NCBI GenBank assembly: GCA_019056785.1
Contig: DXJV01000005.1
Coordinates: forward strand, 1-64,000
DNA: 64,000 nucleotides
From: Candidatus Heimdallarchaeota archaeon
GTDB lineage: Archaea > Asgardarchaeota > Heimdallarchaeia > JABLTI01
Direction of reading: 5' to 3'
Numbering within the stretch: the stretch's first letter is position 1; every line of letters starts with the position of its first letter. Both the position numbers and the translations under genes were made by a program. Below the pieces are notes generated by a model that searched no databases, was not told the origin of the DNA, and was given only the letters and a program-made list of their open reading frames with translations. Shown in pieces: positions 27,055 through 37,366 of this stretch.

Positions 27055-28320
27055 TTGCTTTTCTTTTTGCTGTGTTGTTTTTCTTTTTGTTACAGTTTGA
27101 TATTTTAAATGGTCTTTTCGCGTTTTCCACCAATGGTTGCGCCATTCTTTGAAGATTTTTTGATAAATTTCAATTGTTTGGTCCGCAATAATCTCCCAGT
27201 CAAAAACATGAATCAATTTTTCATAGGCATTTTTGACTATTTTTTGGCGTAATTTTTCATCATCCAGCAATTTTATCAGTGCTTCAGCGATGGCATGCGA
27301 ATTATCCGGTGGGACTTTATAACCGGTCCAATGGTGATCAATGATCTCTGAAAGCCCTCCCACATCTGAAACGACTACTGGTGTTTTCGTAGCCATTCCT
27401 TCGAGGGCGACGATCCCGAATGGCTCATATGTTGAGGGAACGACAAGAATATCGGCAACGTTCAAATAGGCAAGAAAATCCTCTTCAGGAAGGTAGCCTG
27501 TAAACAGTACTTTGTTATTTAAACCGAGTTCTTGAGCAATGCGCTCGAGCTCTTTCCGGTGCCAACCTTCGCCGGCAATAACGAATTTTGTATTTGGTTT
27601 TTTTTCCAAAACCGCAGGAATTGCTCCCAGCAAAACATTAACCCCTTTCTCCGGGACCAAACGGCCAATATAGGCAACTATTTTTTCTTCGGGTTTAGCA
27701 TATTTCAAGTGATGTTTTTTCTGTTCTTCTTTTGATAATTTTATATTGAACTCTTTATAACGAACTCCGTTTGGAATGATACTCATTTTGTCTTGTGGGA
27801 AGTCAAAGGCGAAATGACAAAGTGATTGCATATATTGGCTACAAACAATCAAATGCCATGATTCTTGGATGAGCAAATTCTCAATCTGATCAATCATTCG
27901 CTGACCATCATTGTAGAGCCCATTCCGTCTTCCTCGCTCGAGAGAATGAATCGTCACCAATAAGGGTTTTCGGAAGAGGTGTTTAAGACCTATAGCTGCC
28001 AGTGCAACGAGCCAGTCATGAGCATGGATGATATCGATGTCATATTTTCTGACAAGTTCAATAGCCTTTTGCTCCATCAAGAGGTTCATATTGAGGTCCC
28101 AATGAAGGAAGTCCGGTGCAGGAATTGCATAGGCATCAAAGCGATGGACATGAACCCCATTAACAACTTCATACTCCTTTGCGCCGGGAAAGCTGCAGGT
28201 TAAAATATGAACTTCTAAACTTTTTTGCACAAGCATTTGTGAGAGATCATTAACATGGGCCGCCAAGCCACCTACTTTGAATGGGGGAAATTCCCAACTA
28301 AGCATTAGTACACGAAGCAT
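27043..28320 (-). CDS. Glycosyltransferase family 4 (glycogen/alpha-glucan synthase-like)
   Basis: SWEFPP..VGGL, HAHDW, TIHS.E.GR, IPNG, GRL..EKG, PSTYEPFGIVALEGMA. Confidence 0.93.
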   Translation of the reverse strand: MLRVLMLSWEFPPFKVGGLAAHVNDLSQMLVQKSLEVHILTCSFPGAKEYEVVNGVHVHRFDAYAIPAPDFLHWDLNMNLLMEQKAIELVRKYDIDIIHAHDWLVALAAIGLKHLFRKPLLVTIHSLERGRRNGLYNDGQRMIDQIENLLIQESWHLIVCSQYMQSLCHFAFDFPQDKMSIIPNGVRYKEFNIKLSKEEQKKHHLKYAKPEEKIVAYIGRLVPEKGVNVLLGAIPAVLEKKPNTKFVIAGEGWHRKELERIAQELGLNNKVLFTGYLPEEDFLAYLNVADILVVPSTYEPFGIVALEGMATKTPVVVSDVGGLSEIIDHHWTGYKVPPDNSHAIAEALIKLLDDEKLRQKIVKNAYEKLIHVFDWEIIADQTIEIYQKIFKEWRNHWWKTRKDHLKYQTVTKRKTTQQKEKQLNS

Positions 28321-28325
28321 CTTTT

Positions 28326-28967
28326 TTAGCTCTCCTCCTTGTACTCTGAGGGCAATAAAGTAAGGTACTGTTGAAAAATCTTCGGCGCAATTTTTCTCTG
28401 ACGTATTTTTTGGGTTATAACTTTCGCTGGATCTAAATTATATTCTTCAATAGCATTCAACATCAATTGGTCTGTATCCACTAAAATTAAATCTACATTT
28501 TTTAGTGCTTTTTCTTCAATCTTTTTTAATCCTTGATGATAAGGGAAGTGAGCATTCTCTCTAGATATCTGTATGGAAGTGGTTGTATAAACAACTTTAG
28601 GTTGAATGTTACCATCCCACGGAACAAGCAAAGGGAGTGTCTGCCATTCAAATAAATGGATGATATCTACTTGATGTTCATGCATGATCGCAGCAATGGC
28701 TGCTTGATAAGCGCATTTAAGATTTAATATGATGGTTAAGTCAGAAATGTTATTTGGTATGTGATTTGGAATTCGATTAACAACAATTCCATTCTCATTC
28801 GTAATGTCCGAACGCCAATCATCGAATGTAACGACCCAAACATTTGTCTCCTTTTTCAGGCAGAAGGTGGCAAGCTGAAAGACAACATCACTGATGGGTG
28901 AGAGTCGTCGAGGTGGATATTCAAATGAAACTAGAATTACACCTGATAAGGATTTTTCGCTAGTCAT
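28326..28967 (-). CDS. GT4 N-terminal-domain-only protein
   Basis: SFEYPP, NGIVVNRI, DIIHLFEW align with the N-half of the adjacent GT4; no C-terminal EPFG domain. Confidence 0.75.
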   Translation of the reverse strand: MTSEKSLSGVILVSFEYPPRRLSPISDVVFQLATFCLKKETNVWVVTFDDWRSDITNENGIVVNRIPNHIPNNISDLTIILNLKCAYQAAIAAIMHEHQVDIIHLFEWQTLPLLVPWDGNIQPKVVYTTTSIQISRENAHFPYHQGLKKIEEKALKNVDLILVDTDQLMLNAIEEYNLDPAKVITQKIRQRKIAPKIFQQYLTLLPSEYKEES

Positions 28968-29061
28968 TTATTTATCCACTCTTGTTCAATATTTCTCTGT
29001 AGCTCAAAGGATAAGCTTTACATTTTATACTAAGAGAATTGGTCGTTTCAGCATTTAATTG

Positions 29062-29298
29062 TTAGGTGAAAATCGCTGCCACAGCGATAATTCCTTTCCC
29101 CAGAAGGAAGTACCTATCGTTAAATTGTCCAATATATCCTTGTTCAACCAATTCTTTGATGATTTCTTCTAAATTATACCCAGGGATATTTTGAATCAGA
29201 TTATTTAGTTCTTCAAAAGTAAGGGCTGATTTAGGTTTAGTGATGCCATTTGAAAAAAGTAAATGGCAAACATGAAAGAGCTTATTTGTTTGAGCCAT
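29062..29298 (-). CDS. Small winged-helix protein
   Basis: LEEIIKELVEQGYI...YFLLGKG wHTH pattern. Confidence 0.65.
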   Translation of the reverse strand: MAQTNKLFHVCHLLFSNGITKPKSALTFEELNNLIQNIPGYNLEEIIKELVEQGYIGQFNDRYFLLGKGIIAVAAIFT

Positions 29299-29370
29299 TT
29301 TATCACAGTATTTGATTTAGGTTAGGGCATTAAAAAGATTTTCAATAACTCCTATGAAAAACTGCTTTTA

Positions 29371-29922
29371 TTATCGTAACACCGGTGGTTCAATTTCTTC
29401 TGTTTGAACGATTTCTATTTCAATGTCAGTCGAAGAGACTCTCCCTGAGAAGATGACTGAATATTGGTTGTCAGCTTTCCGGTAACGAACAATATTGTAT
29501 TCCCCTTCTCCTTCATTAAAGTAGATATAAAGTAAAACCTCTGCAAGGTCTTTGAAATAGGAGCCACGAAGTACTTTGGAAATATCAAATTTTGATTGTA
29601 ATGGAATCCTTACCACAAGTAAAATGTCATCTTCAAATGGTCTGAAATTTTTCCCTTTAGTATAGCGGAGCATAATTTGTCCTAATTGTCTATCACATCT
29701 CGGGCAAAACGGTTTCAATTGCCCATGCACCATTCGAAAACCCACCCCTCGTTTGCACAGATAAAGAATGCCATCATTCACGCAATAGTAGGAACCATGT
29801 AAAAATCGATCATCAAAACTACTAATCTTGAAAATCCGTCCATAGGGACAACTGACGCAGGGTGAATCACAATCTAGATAAATGTCACTCAATTTACAAT
29901 TGCTCTCCAGTGTTTTATTCAT
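29371..29922 (-). CDS. Hypothetical Cys-rich (Zn-binding) protein
   Basis: CxxxCxxC, further single Cys residues, and CPRC. Confidence 0.65.
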   Translation of the reverse strand: MNKTLESNCKLSDIYLDCDSPCVSCPYGRIFKISSFDDRFLHGSYYCVNDGILYLCKRGVGFRMVHGQLKPFCPRCDRQLGQIMLRYTKGKNFRPFEDDILLVVRIPLQSKFDISKVLRGSYFKDLAEVLLYIYFNEGEGEYNIVRYRKADNQYSVIFSGRVSSTDIEIEIVQTEEIEPPVLR

Positions 29923-30151
29923 TAAACTAAATAATGAATCATGTACCTATTTATCTTATAGACTGATTACTTAAAAGATTAACTTATCTCATTAAAAGAT
30001 TGTTGCCTAAGAAAAAGGCTCGTTAAAATGTTCTTTTTTACACCAAACGAATCTTTTGAAAGAAGGGCTCTGTTAGTTGCTTTTTCAAAGCGCGTGAGGA
30101 TTAAATAGCGAAAGGAGAAATTAATAAATTAAAGAAGATACTGGTAGAAAT

Positions 30152-31114
30152 ATGAAGTATATTGGCTCAATTGGTGAGGTTTTAATTGATTTCATTGCTC
30201 AAGAAAGACAGCAAAAAGACTCTGTCGCTACGTTTCTCAAATTGCCGGGTGGTGCTCCTGCGAACTTTGCAGTTGGAATTGCAAGGTTAGGAGCCAAGGT
30301 GCGTTTTTTCGGAAAGGTGAGCGATGACCCTTTTGGCCAATTCTTAGTAAAAAAACTTGCCGAAGAGGGTGTGGGGATTGAAAATCTTGTCACCGCGAAA
30401 AATGGCGAAAAGACATCACTAGCGTTTGTCTTTCTAAATGCTTCAGGTGAACGGAGTTTTCTTTTTTATCGAGAGAATGCTGCGGATGCAGCCCTCACTC
30501 CTGAAGAACTTGATCCTTTACTGTTTAAGGACCTCCAATATCTTCATTTTGGAGTGATCTCTTTATTAAGCGAGCCAAGTAAAAGTGCAACCTTCAAAGC
30601 GATCGAGTATTGTAAAAACAATGGTGGAGTTATTTGTTTCGACCCAAATATCAGGAAAGATTTACTTCGTAATGAAGAGGAATTTCGAGCGCTACTTAAC
30701 GCTGCCCTCCAAACAGTGGATATCTTTTATCCATCAGAAAAAGAGCTGACTTTTATTCTTGACCGAAAAATGCCCCCTCAGAAGGCCATTCTCGAGATAA
30801 TGGCAAACTATCCGTTGAAAATTGTTGCTTTAAAATTAGGGAAGGATGGTTGCCTCCTAAAATCACGAGACGGCTTTTTCTCCACAATACCTTCTTTCGA
30901 AGTGCCAGTAGTAGATACAACAGGAGCAGGTGATGGCTTTAATGCCGGGTTCATTTTCGGGCTGTCACAAGGCATGTCGCTCGAGGAAGCAGGAATATTA
31001 GGTAATGCTGTGGGTGCCTTGGTTGTCGGGAAAAAAGGAGCAATGACTGCTTTACCGACTCTAACAGAATTGAAGGCTTTTTTGACTGCTCAGAAGATTC
31101 AAATATTAAAATAA
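30152..31114 (+). CDS. PfkB-family carbohydrate kinase (fructokinase-like)
   Basis: GGAPANFAVGIARLG, DPFG, FDPNIR, VVDTTGAGDGF. Confidence 0.95.
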   Translation: MKYIGSIGEVLIDFIAQERQQKDSVATFLKLPGGAPANFAVGIARLGAKVRFFGKVSDDPFGQFLVKKLAEEGVGIENLVTAKNGEKTSLAFVFLNASGERSFLFYRENAADAALTPEELDPLLFKDLQYLHFGVISLLSEPSKSATFKAIEYCKNNGGVICFDPNIRKDLLRNEEEFRALLNAALQTVDIFYPSEKELTFILDRKMPPQKAILEIMANYPLKIVALKLGKDGCLLKSRDGFFSTIPSFEVPVVDTTGAGDGFNAGFIFGLSQGMSLEEAGILGNAVGALVVGKKGAMTALPTLTELKAFLTAQKIQILK

Positions 31115-31138
31115 AGTTTGACTTATAAAGTGTTAACC

Positions 31139-32200
31139 GTGTGTCATCTTGCTGGTTTTATCACCAAAGAAAAGAATGTCGTGCCTTTTATACTCAATTC
31201 TTTGGAAGCTCAAGAAGCAATCATTGGCGGGCAAGCAACAGGGCTTGCCGTCCTAGCTAATTCTACTGTTCGTTTGGCAAAGACAATTGGTCCTGTGCGC
31301 GATTTTCGAGACCAAAACAAAGAACTGCCTGTTGCTTCGATTGGCATAGGACACACGCGTTATGCCCTTAAGAACCTTCTATATGCAGAGACGAATAGCA
31401 CAGAAAAATCTCATCCTTTCTGGGACAGTAAAAAACAGTTTGTAACAATGCATAATGGAACAATCACCAATTATCAATTGTTTGTTCATGAATTAGAAAA
31501 GAAAGGTTATTCCTTTAGGTCGAAATCGTCCTATCGTAATGAGAATGATGAGGAAGTTGTTGACTATTGTGATAGTGAGATTTTTAGCTTTCTTCTTGAA
31601 GAAGCACTAAAAGCGGGCACTACAATAAAGACTGCAATAAGGGAGATTTGCAGGCAATTCGAAGGACAATTTGCTTTTGTTATCTTGCATCCCGCGTACC
31701 CTGAGACTATCTTTATTGCTAATTGGGCGCAACCACTTTTTATTGGCACTAATACAGAAAGTTCGTTTTTCACCTCCTTTCTCGAAGGCTTCGAGCCAGT
31801 AGAACAAATTCTCAACAGAAAATTTGCTCCGCAGAAAAACGCACTAATAACACTCACTCCTGGCAAAGCAGTAATTGAAACTCTTCTACCTGAACGCTCT
31901 CCACCGGCTTATGAACCCGAGGGTGTCGCTTTTGAAGCTCTTATTCTAAAAGCATTGCGCGAAAATCACAATGATCTTGGGAGAATCTATTATTACTTTA
32001 AAACTGCTTATAATGAGCTGGGACTCTCTGAGGAACAGCTGACTGCTTTAGATAAGCAAGGTTTTACTTTTTCACCGTTGATTTATGCAACTTTACAACG
32101 ATTAGAACAACAAGGCATTATTTACAGGAAAAAAGAGCTCGTCTGGGAAGGTGGAGTTAGCCATACGCCTCGATTCCGCTTTTATCTGAAAGAGGGATAA
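31139..32200 (+). CDS. Class II (Ntn) glutamine amidotransferase domain protein lacking SIS domain
   Basis: GTG at 31139 gives M-C-HLAG (N-terminal nucleophile Cys); GIGHTRYA, SHPF, HNGTITNY, DSE, EGQFAF. Confidence 0.85.
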   Translation: MCHLAGFITKEKNVVPFILNSLEAQEAIIGGQATGLAVLANSTVRLAKTIGPVRDFRDQNKELPVASIGIGHTRYALKNLLYAETNSTEKSHPFWDSKKQFVTMHNGTITNYQLFVHELEKKGYSFRSKSSYRNENDEEVVDYCDSEIFSFLLEEALKAGTTIKTAIREICRQFEGQFAFVILHPAYPETIFIANWAQPLFIGTNTESSFFTSFLEGFEPVEQILNRKFAPQKNALITLTPGKAVIETLLPERSPPAYEPEGVAFEALILKALRENHNDLGRIYYYFKTAYNELGLSEEQLTALDKQGFTFSPLIYATLQRLEQQGIIYRKKELVWEGGVSHTPRFRFYLKEG

Positions 32201-32303
32201 AAAAAAGTGTTTGAAAAAAATTAGAGGAAGTTTGCATTTCTTTTTATAGGTAATATATTAAAAAAAAGATAGTTGTAAAACAGTTTGTAGAAAAGAACCT
32301 CCT

Positions 32304-33125
32304 TTGAAGGCAAAAAAAGGTTTGATGGCTGAAATGAACGAGGAATTAATTATTGAGACAAAAGACCTTTGTAAAAGCTTTGGTCAAAAACAAGTGCTAA
32401 AAAATGTTTCTCTGCATGTCCCCAAAGGGTCAATTTATGCTCTGCTGGGACCAAATGGCGCTGGAAAGACGACCACAATCCGTATTTTAACTGGGATAAT
32501 GAAGCCAACATCAGGCGAAGTAATTGTGCAAGGCATTAATGTCGTAGAGAATCCTGAAGATATTCGCGCAGAAATTGGGATCTTGTCACAAATGAGCGCC
32601 GGTTATAAAGATATTAAAACTCGAGATAACATCCTATTATTCACTTCAATTGTTGGCGTAGATAAAGCTCTAGCGTCGGAAAAAATGGTTGAACTGTTAG
32701 AACGCCTTGAAATGGCCGATAAATTGGATCTAAATTTTGGCAAGCTCTCCGGAGGGGAAAAGCGGGTGGTTAACTTGGTGCGAACAATTATCTCCAGTGG
32801 AGAACTCATTGTCTTGGATGAGCCTACTACTGGTTTAGATATCGCCAGAGCTAAAAAAGCACGAGATATAATTCAAGAATTAGTTGTGAACGAAGGGAAG
32901 ACCGTTCTAATGTCTTCACACATCACTTCGGATCTCGAAGACTTAGCAACCTATACCGGCATCTTAAAAGAAGGCGAATTAATCTTTGAAGGAACAAAGA
33001 AGGCAGTAATAAAACAATTTGCTCCTGATGGGAATTTTGAAATGGCAATTATCAATGCTTTTGAAAATGGTTCAAAAAACTTCCAAAGTTTAGAAACAAC
33101 AGAGGATTTACTGGAGGGCACATGA
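32304..33125 (+). CDS. ABC transporter ATP-binding protein
   Basis: GPNGAGKTT, LSGGE, LDEPTTGLD, SSH; start likely a few codons downstream. Confidence 0.93.
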   Translation: MKAKKGLMAEMNEELIIETKDLCKSFGQKQVLKNVSLHVPKGSIYALLGPNGAGKTTTIRILTGIMKPTSGEVIVQGINVVENPEDIRAEIGILSQMSAGYKDIKTRDNILLFTSIVGVDKALASEKMVELLERLEMADKLDLNFGKLSGGEKRVVNLVRTIISSGELIVLDEPTTGLDIARAKKARDIIQELVVNEGKTVLMSSHITSDLEDLATYTGILKEGELIFEGTKKAVIKQFAPDGNFEMAIINAFENGSKNFQSLETTEDLLEGT

Positions 33126-34378
33126 TGACTAAGAAGAGAAAGCAGTTTAGAGCGATTTTACGGAAAGATTTGAAACTCGTCTTTACTTGGAAAACCATCA
33201 TTCTCACAATCGTTGTGCCATTTATAATGATGTTTGCTATCGTTGGGATTCCAACATTATTTGTTAGTGGTTCAAATACTGTCATTACCGTTTGTAATGC
33301 AGATGAAGGCGGAACAGTCACCCATGTTAATGGTTCTGTCTATTTCATCAACGTTGGGCAAAATGTTCTTTATAACATGCAATATTATGCAAACCAGGAA
33401 GACAATATCAAAATAGAAGTTGTTTCCACACGGGCAAAAGCACTCAATGCTTCTAATGGGATATATTTTCCGACCAATTTCACAACCGCAACTTTTGCCG
33501 GCGAGTCCGTATTCGAATATCATAAAACAGCAAGCGATGTCTCTTTGCAGGGTTATAATTTTGATACAATGTTAAATCTAATCCAGGAGGTTGTCTTTAG
33601 CACCTATCTCTTCTTTAGAAATATCACCGAAGATAACATTCCTCAAGTAGAGCCTATTCAATACATCCCACCTGCAACAGAACCATCAACCATCTGGTCT
33701 CAAGAGACAATGAAATTGGCAATGCCTTTTGCTTATGCCCTCTTTATCCTTTTATCTCTTATTGGGAATATGGGGCGAACCATTGGCTTCTCCAAAGAAA
33801 AAGAAGATGGCACATTTGAGACAATGCTCTCCATAACAAAGAATCGCTCAAACCTTGTTTATTCGAAACTCATCGTAGGAACGATCGCATCGACATTAAC
33901 TATCTTGTCTTATTTTGCCGGCTCAGCAATTGCAGGAGCAATAAGCAAGGCGGTGTTGGGACAAACCGCTGATGACTATGGTGCGACAGGCTTTTTATCG
34001 CTCCCCTTTAGAGACTTGCTCTCATATAAAGGCGTTGTATTACTAATTGGCTTGGGGTTGGCGCTTGTCTTGACTATGCTAGCTTTAATGACTGTTGATA
34101 CGCTTTTCACTAAAACTGTAGCAGAACGAATAGGGGTTCCTGTTATTCTCATGTTTGGCTTACTATTCATGTTGCCGGTAATGATAAATCCAGGGCAATC
34201 AAATTTCATTCTAGTGATTAATCCCTATTATTGGATTTATCATGTTAGTATGTCAATTGCCGATCTAACCTTTACCTGGATTGATGGACTCTATTTAGTT
34301 CTTTCCTTGGTTTTATTGGCATTAATGGTTCTTGCGGCTCGAAAAGCCATTGAACGAGAAAAAGTACTTTTCACCTAA
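33122..34378 (+). CDS. ABC-2/NatB-like permease
   Basis: N-terminal TM, extracellular loop, KEKEDGTFETMLS motif, about 5 C-terminal TMs. Confidence 0.85.
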   Translation: MMTKKRKQFRAILRKDLKLVFTWKTIILTIVVPFIMMFAIVGIPTLFVSGSNTVITVCNADEGGTVTHVNGSVYFINVGQNVLYNMQYYANQEDNIKIEVVSTRAKALNASNGIYFPTNFTTATFAGESVFEYHKTASDVSLQGYNFDTMLNLIQEVVFSTYLFFRNITEDNIPQVEPIQYIPPATEPSTIWSQETMKLAMPFAYALFILLSLIGNMGRTIGFSKEKEDGTFETMLSITKNRSNLVYSKLIVGTIASTLTILSYFAGSAIAGAISKAVLGQTADDYGATGFLSLPFRDLLSYKGVVLLIGLGLALVLTMLALMTVDTLFTKTVAERIGVPVILMFGLLFMLPVMINPGQSNFILVINPYYWIYHVSMSIADLTFTWIDGLYLVLSLVLLALMVLAARKAIEREKVLFT

Positions 34379-34399
34379 GCAGTGTCATAGGTGAGCTCT

Positions 34400-34783
34400 T
34401 TATTCTTTTTTCAAATCGTCTGGTGCCCCCCAACAGACGCACCATTTAAAATAACGGAAGATCTCTACAAACAGAAATCGCAAGAAAATATAGACACCCC
34501 ATCCCAACCAAAAAAACCATTCGAGAGGGTGATACCAGGGACGTTTTCTCTTTGCTGGTTTCCACCATGGTTTTTCTTCTGGTTTCTTTCTTATTAATAC
34601 TGTTTTTGTTGGAAAGGGTTCTGTTTTTTTCTTGGTTTTAGTAGGGGTTAGAGAAGGGGTTGTTTCTTTATCTTGGTTCTGTTCAGAAGAGTTGTTTTTG
34701 AGGAGTTGACCACAGAAGTTACAATAAACAGACCATTCATCATTTTCACGATAGCAATTAGGGCAAACGATTTTTTTTGTCAT
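34400..34783 (-). CDS. Zinc-ribbon membrane protein
   Basis: CPNC...CNFCG, basic linker, Trp-rich C-terminal TM. Confidence 0.72.
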   Translation of the reverse strand: MTKKIVCPNCYRENDEWSVYCNFCGQLLKNNSSEQNQDKETTPSLTPTKTKKKTEPFPTKTVLIRKKPEEKPWWKPAKRKRPWYHPLEWFFWLGWGVYIFLRFLFVEIFRYFKWCVCWGAPDDLKKE

Positions 34784-34895
34784 GCTAACTGACCAAAGAA
34801 CGGTGATATTTCACATATTGATTTTCCTTCTAAAATATCTTTAGACTCAAATTAAAAAGGAGAAAAAAAGAAGATACGTCCATAAGAAAAAGATT

Positions 34896-35471
34896 TCAAT
34901 AATATTCTTCGAATGGTTCGTAATAATTGTGGGGGTGACCGCAAGAGGGACAGATCTTAGGTGGCTCTGTTCCTTCGTAGACAAATCCGCATTCCAAGCA
35001 TTTCCATTTAATTTTCTTGTCTCTTTTGAAGACTTTGTTGTTTTTCACAAGCTCCAAGAGTGCAAGGTAGCGTTTTTCGTGTTCTACTTCTACTTTTGCG
35101 ATGTTTTTGAATTTCAAAGCAATTTCTGGAAAGCCTTCCTTTTCTGCTACTTTCGCAAAACCTGGGTAGACTTTCGTATGTTCTTCGTTTTCTCCTTCTG
35201 CAGCAAATTTCAAATTTTCCTCTGTTGTACCGATGTCGGTTGGGTAGGCAGCTGTGAATTCCACCGGTCCTCCCTCAAGGAAGTCAAAGAACTGTTTTGC
35301 ATGTTCGTATTCGTTATCTGCTGTCTCTAAGAAGTATTGAGAAATGCGGATAAAGCCTTCTTTTTTAGCTACTTTCGCATACATGGTATATCTATTTCGT
35401 GCTTGCGATTCGCCGGCAAAGGCTTTCAAGAGGTTCTTTTCTGTTTCTGTTCCTTTAATTGATTTTCCCAT
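34896..35471 (-). CDS. rbr: Rubrerythrin
   Basis: [12 protein letters not shown], ExxH diiron motifs, C-terminal WKCLECG...CPSCGH rubredoxin domain. Confidence 0.97.
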   Translation of the reverse strand: MGKSIKGTETEKNLLKAFAGESQARNRYTMYAKVAKKEGFIRISQYFLETADNEYEHAKQFFDFLEGGPVEFTAAYPTDIGTTEENLKFAAEGENEEHTKVYPGFAKVAEKEGFPEIALKFKNIAKVEVEHEKRYLALLELVKNNKVFKRDKKIKWKCLECGFVYEGTEPPKICPSCGHPHNYYEPFEEYY

Positions 35472-35486
35472 TTTTTATCAACTCTG

Positions 35487-35867
35487 TTAGTTTTTCCAAA
35501 GGCTGTGCTTATTACAATATTCTCTTGCAATAATATTAGATGTATCTTTTACCATAAAGATTGCTTTTGGTTCATCGCCAGGGTTTAAATACTTTCGTTG
35601 TGTTTTCCCATCAGCGATGATTTCAATCCATTGAATCCAATGATCTTCAACCATTGGATGCAGTGTACTTCCAATGACCACTTCGACTTTCCCGCCGCCT
35701 TTATCTTCCACGACAGGAACGTGTTTCTCGTTTTTCCAGTCAGCTGTTTGTTCTTCTAAAAGAACCATTGGTTCGCCGCAGCAAACAAGGGTCCCTCCAC
35801 CTGCATTTAGAACTTCAACGATGTTCCCACAGATGTTACACTTATAAATTTGGTATCGTTCTGTCAT
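35487..35867 (-). CDS. dfx: Desulfoferrodoxin (2Fe superoxide reductase)
   Basis: [11 protein letters not shown]...[28 protein letters not shown]; ATG at 35867. Confidence 0.96.
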   Translation of the reverse strand: MTERYQIYKCNICGNIVEVLNAGGGTLVCCGEPMVLLEEQTADWKNEKHVPVVEDKGGGKVEVVIGSTLHPMVEDHWIQWIEIIADGKTQRKYLNPGDEPKAIFMVKDTSNIIAREYCNKHSLWKN

Positions 35868-36011
35868 TACGAATTCACCAATTGGATTTACGTACGATTG
35901 ACCTTTATTAAATAATTTTTCTTTAAAAAGTGAAGAGAACAATTAAAGAGGAACTAAAAACTGTGACAAAAATTGCGCATTGAAAAAAATAGGGAAAGGC
36001 TGGGGATTATT

Positions 36012-37199
36012 TTATTTGGTTATACCCAGCTCTTTATGCTTTTGATAGATCGCGTTAGCGAGTTCGTCGAGTTTCTTTCGTCCTTCGTCTGTAAGTTTGC
36101 CACGCATGATCACAGGCTCAATGAATTCAGGATGAATTCTCGTCAAAATCCCAACCAATTGTTCTTTCAGTTTAGCTTTCCAGCCATAAGAGCCGATAAT
36201 AGATGCGAATTTTGCTTTTGGCCGTAAAGCATTTACGAGGTAGGTTGCGTAAATTGCAAGGGGATGTGCTCCGGTTAAGACCGCTGGGGCACCGATAACA
36301 ATAGTGGCTGCATCTACTAAATCCATGGCTAATTCGCCGATGTCAGTAACTGCAAGATTATAGGGTTTTACAGTAATACCTTTCTCTACGAGTTTCTCGA
36401 TGAAATATTCAACCATCTCTTGAACACTATGATGCATTGAAATAAATGGTAACACAACCTCATTCTTTACGTCGTCAGAGATCCATTCTTTGTATGCATT
36501 TATTATAAACTCTGGTTCTTGATGAACGGGGCCATGACTTGGAGCAATCATATCGAAGTCGTATTTTTCCAGTTTTTTGAGATTCTTAACAATGATTTTC
36601 CGGAAGGGCATCATGATTTCAGCGAAGTATCTTTTGGCAGAAGAGTATGTTAAAGGTTTGTCGACAACAAAAGTTTCACTCTGGGCAAGATGCGTACCAA
36701 ACATATCACAAGTAAAGATTATTTTGTCTTCTTTTACATATGTTGCAATTGTTTCCGGCCAGTGCACCCATGGAATGGTGACTATCTCTAATGTTTTGTC
36801 CCCTAAAGAGAGTGTTTCGCCATCTTCCCGTACAAGAAAGCGGTCTTCAGGAATGTGAAGATGAACCATTAAATGTTCTTTCCCTAAGCTACTGGTCACG
36901 ACCTTAGCTTTTGGATAAAGCTCGAGCATTTTCACCAAGCCTTCGGAATGGTCCTGCTCGCTATGATTGGAGATCAAATAATCAATTGTTTTTACAGGTG
37001 CTTGTTCAAGGTTGTGAAGCAATTCATAGACTTTCGTTCCATCAACGGTGTCAATCAAAGCAGTTTTTTCTGAACCGATTATCAAGTAAGCATTATAGGT
37101 TGTCCCATTTGGGAGGGGAATTAGCTGATCAAATAAGCGACGGTCATAATCCTTCGCTCCTACTGCATAAATTTTAGGCTTAATTTCAGTTATTGCCAT
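36012..37199 (-). CDS. fprA: Flavodiiron protein FprA (O2/NO reductase)
   Basis: GTTYNAYLI, NHSEQDHS, HWPE, CDMFG, PSHG, flavodoxin domain GSYGW. Confidence 0.95.
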   Translation of the reverse strand: MAITEIKPKIYAVGAKDYDRRLFDQLIPLPNGTTYNAYLIIGSEKTALIDTVDGTKVYELLHNLEQAPVKTIDYLISNHSEQDHSEGLVKMLELYPKAKVVTSSLGKEHLMVHLHIPEDRFLVREDGETLSLGDKTLEIVTIPWVHWPETIATYVKEDKIIFTCDMFGTHLAQSETFVVDKPLTYSSAKRYFAEIMMPFRKIIVKNLKKLEKYDFDMIAPSHGPVHQEPEFIINAYKEWISDDVKNEVVLPFISMHHSVQEMVEYFIEKLVEKGITVKPYNLAVTDIGELAMDLVDAATIVIGAPAVLTGAHPLAIYATYLVNALRPKAKFASIIGSYGWKAKLKEQLVGILTRIHPEFIEPVIMRGKLTDEGRKKLDELANAIYQKHKELGITK

Positions 37200-37366
37200 G
37201 TTTGCATCAACTCACATAGCTATTAATTTCCTTTGCTTGAAAAACTTATCCCAAAGAAAACTATAATTCATCCTATCTGAAAATTTAGATTCTAAACCCT
37301 CAAAATAAAGGGAAAAAAAGGAAATCACCAAGTAGCAACTTGGCTTAACTTTGCTATCTTGCATTT

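Noticed and set aside
34929-35330. Antisense ORF over rubrerythrin, and the many similar shadow ORFs in the track (e.g. 7704-8093, 23241-23675, 40680-41207, 56290-56703)
   Set aside because: They fully overlap well-supported genes on the other strand or frame and have no motifs of their own.
37284-37296. TTTAGA-T-TCTAAA palindrome upstream of fprA (possible PerR/Fur-like site)
   Set aside because: Short and AT-rich, not clearly repeated at the other redox genes; could be chance.
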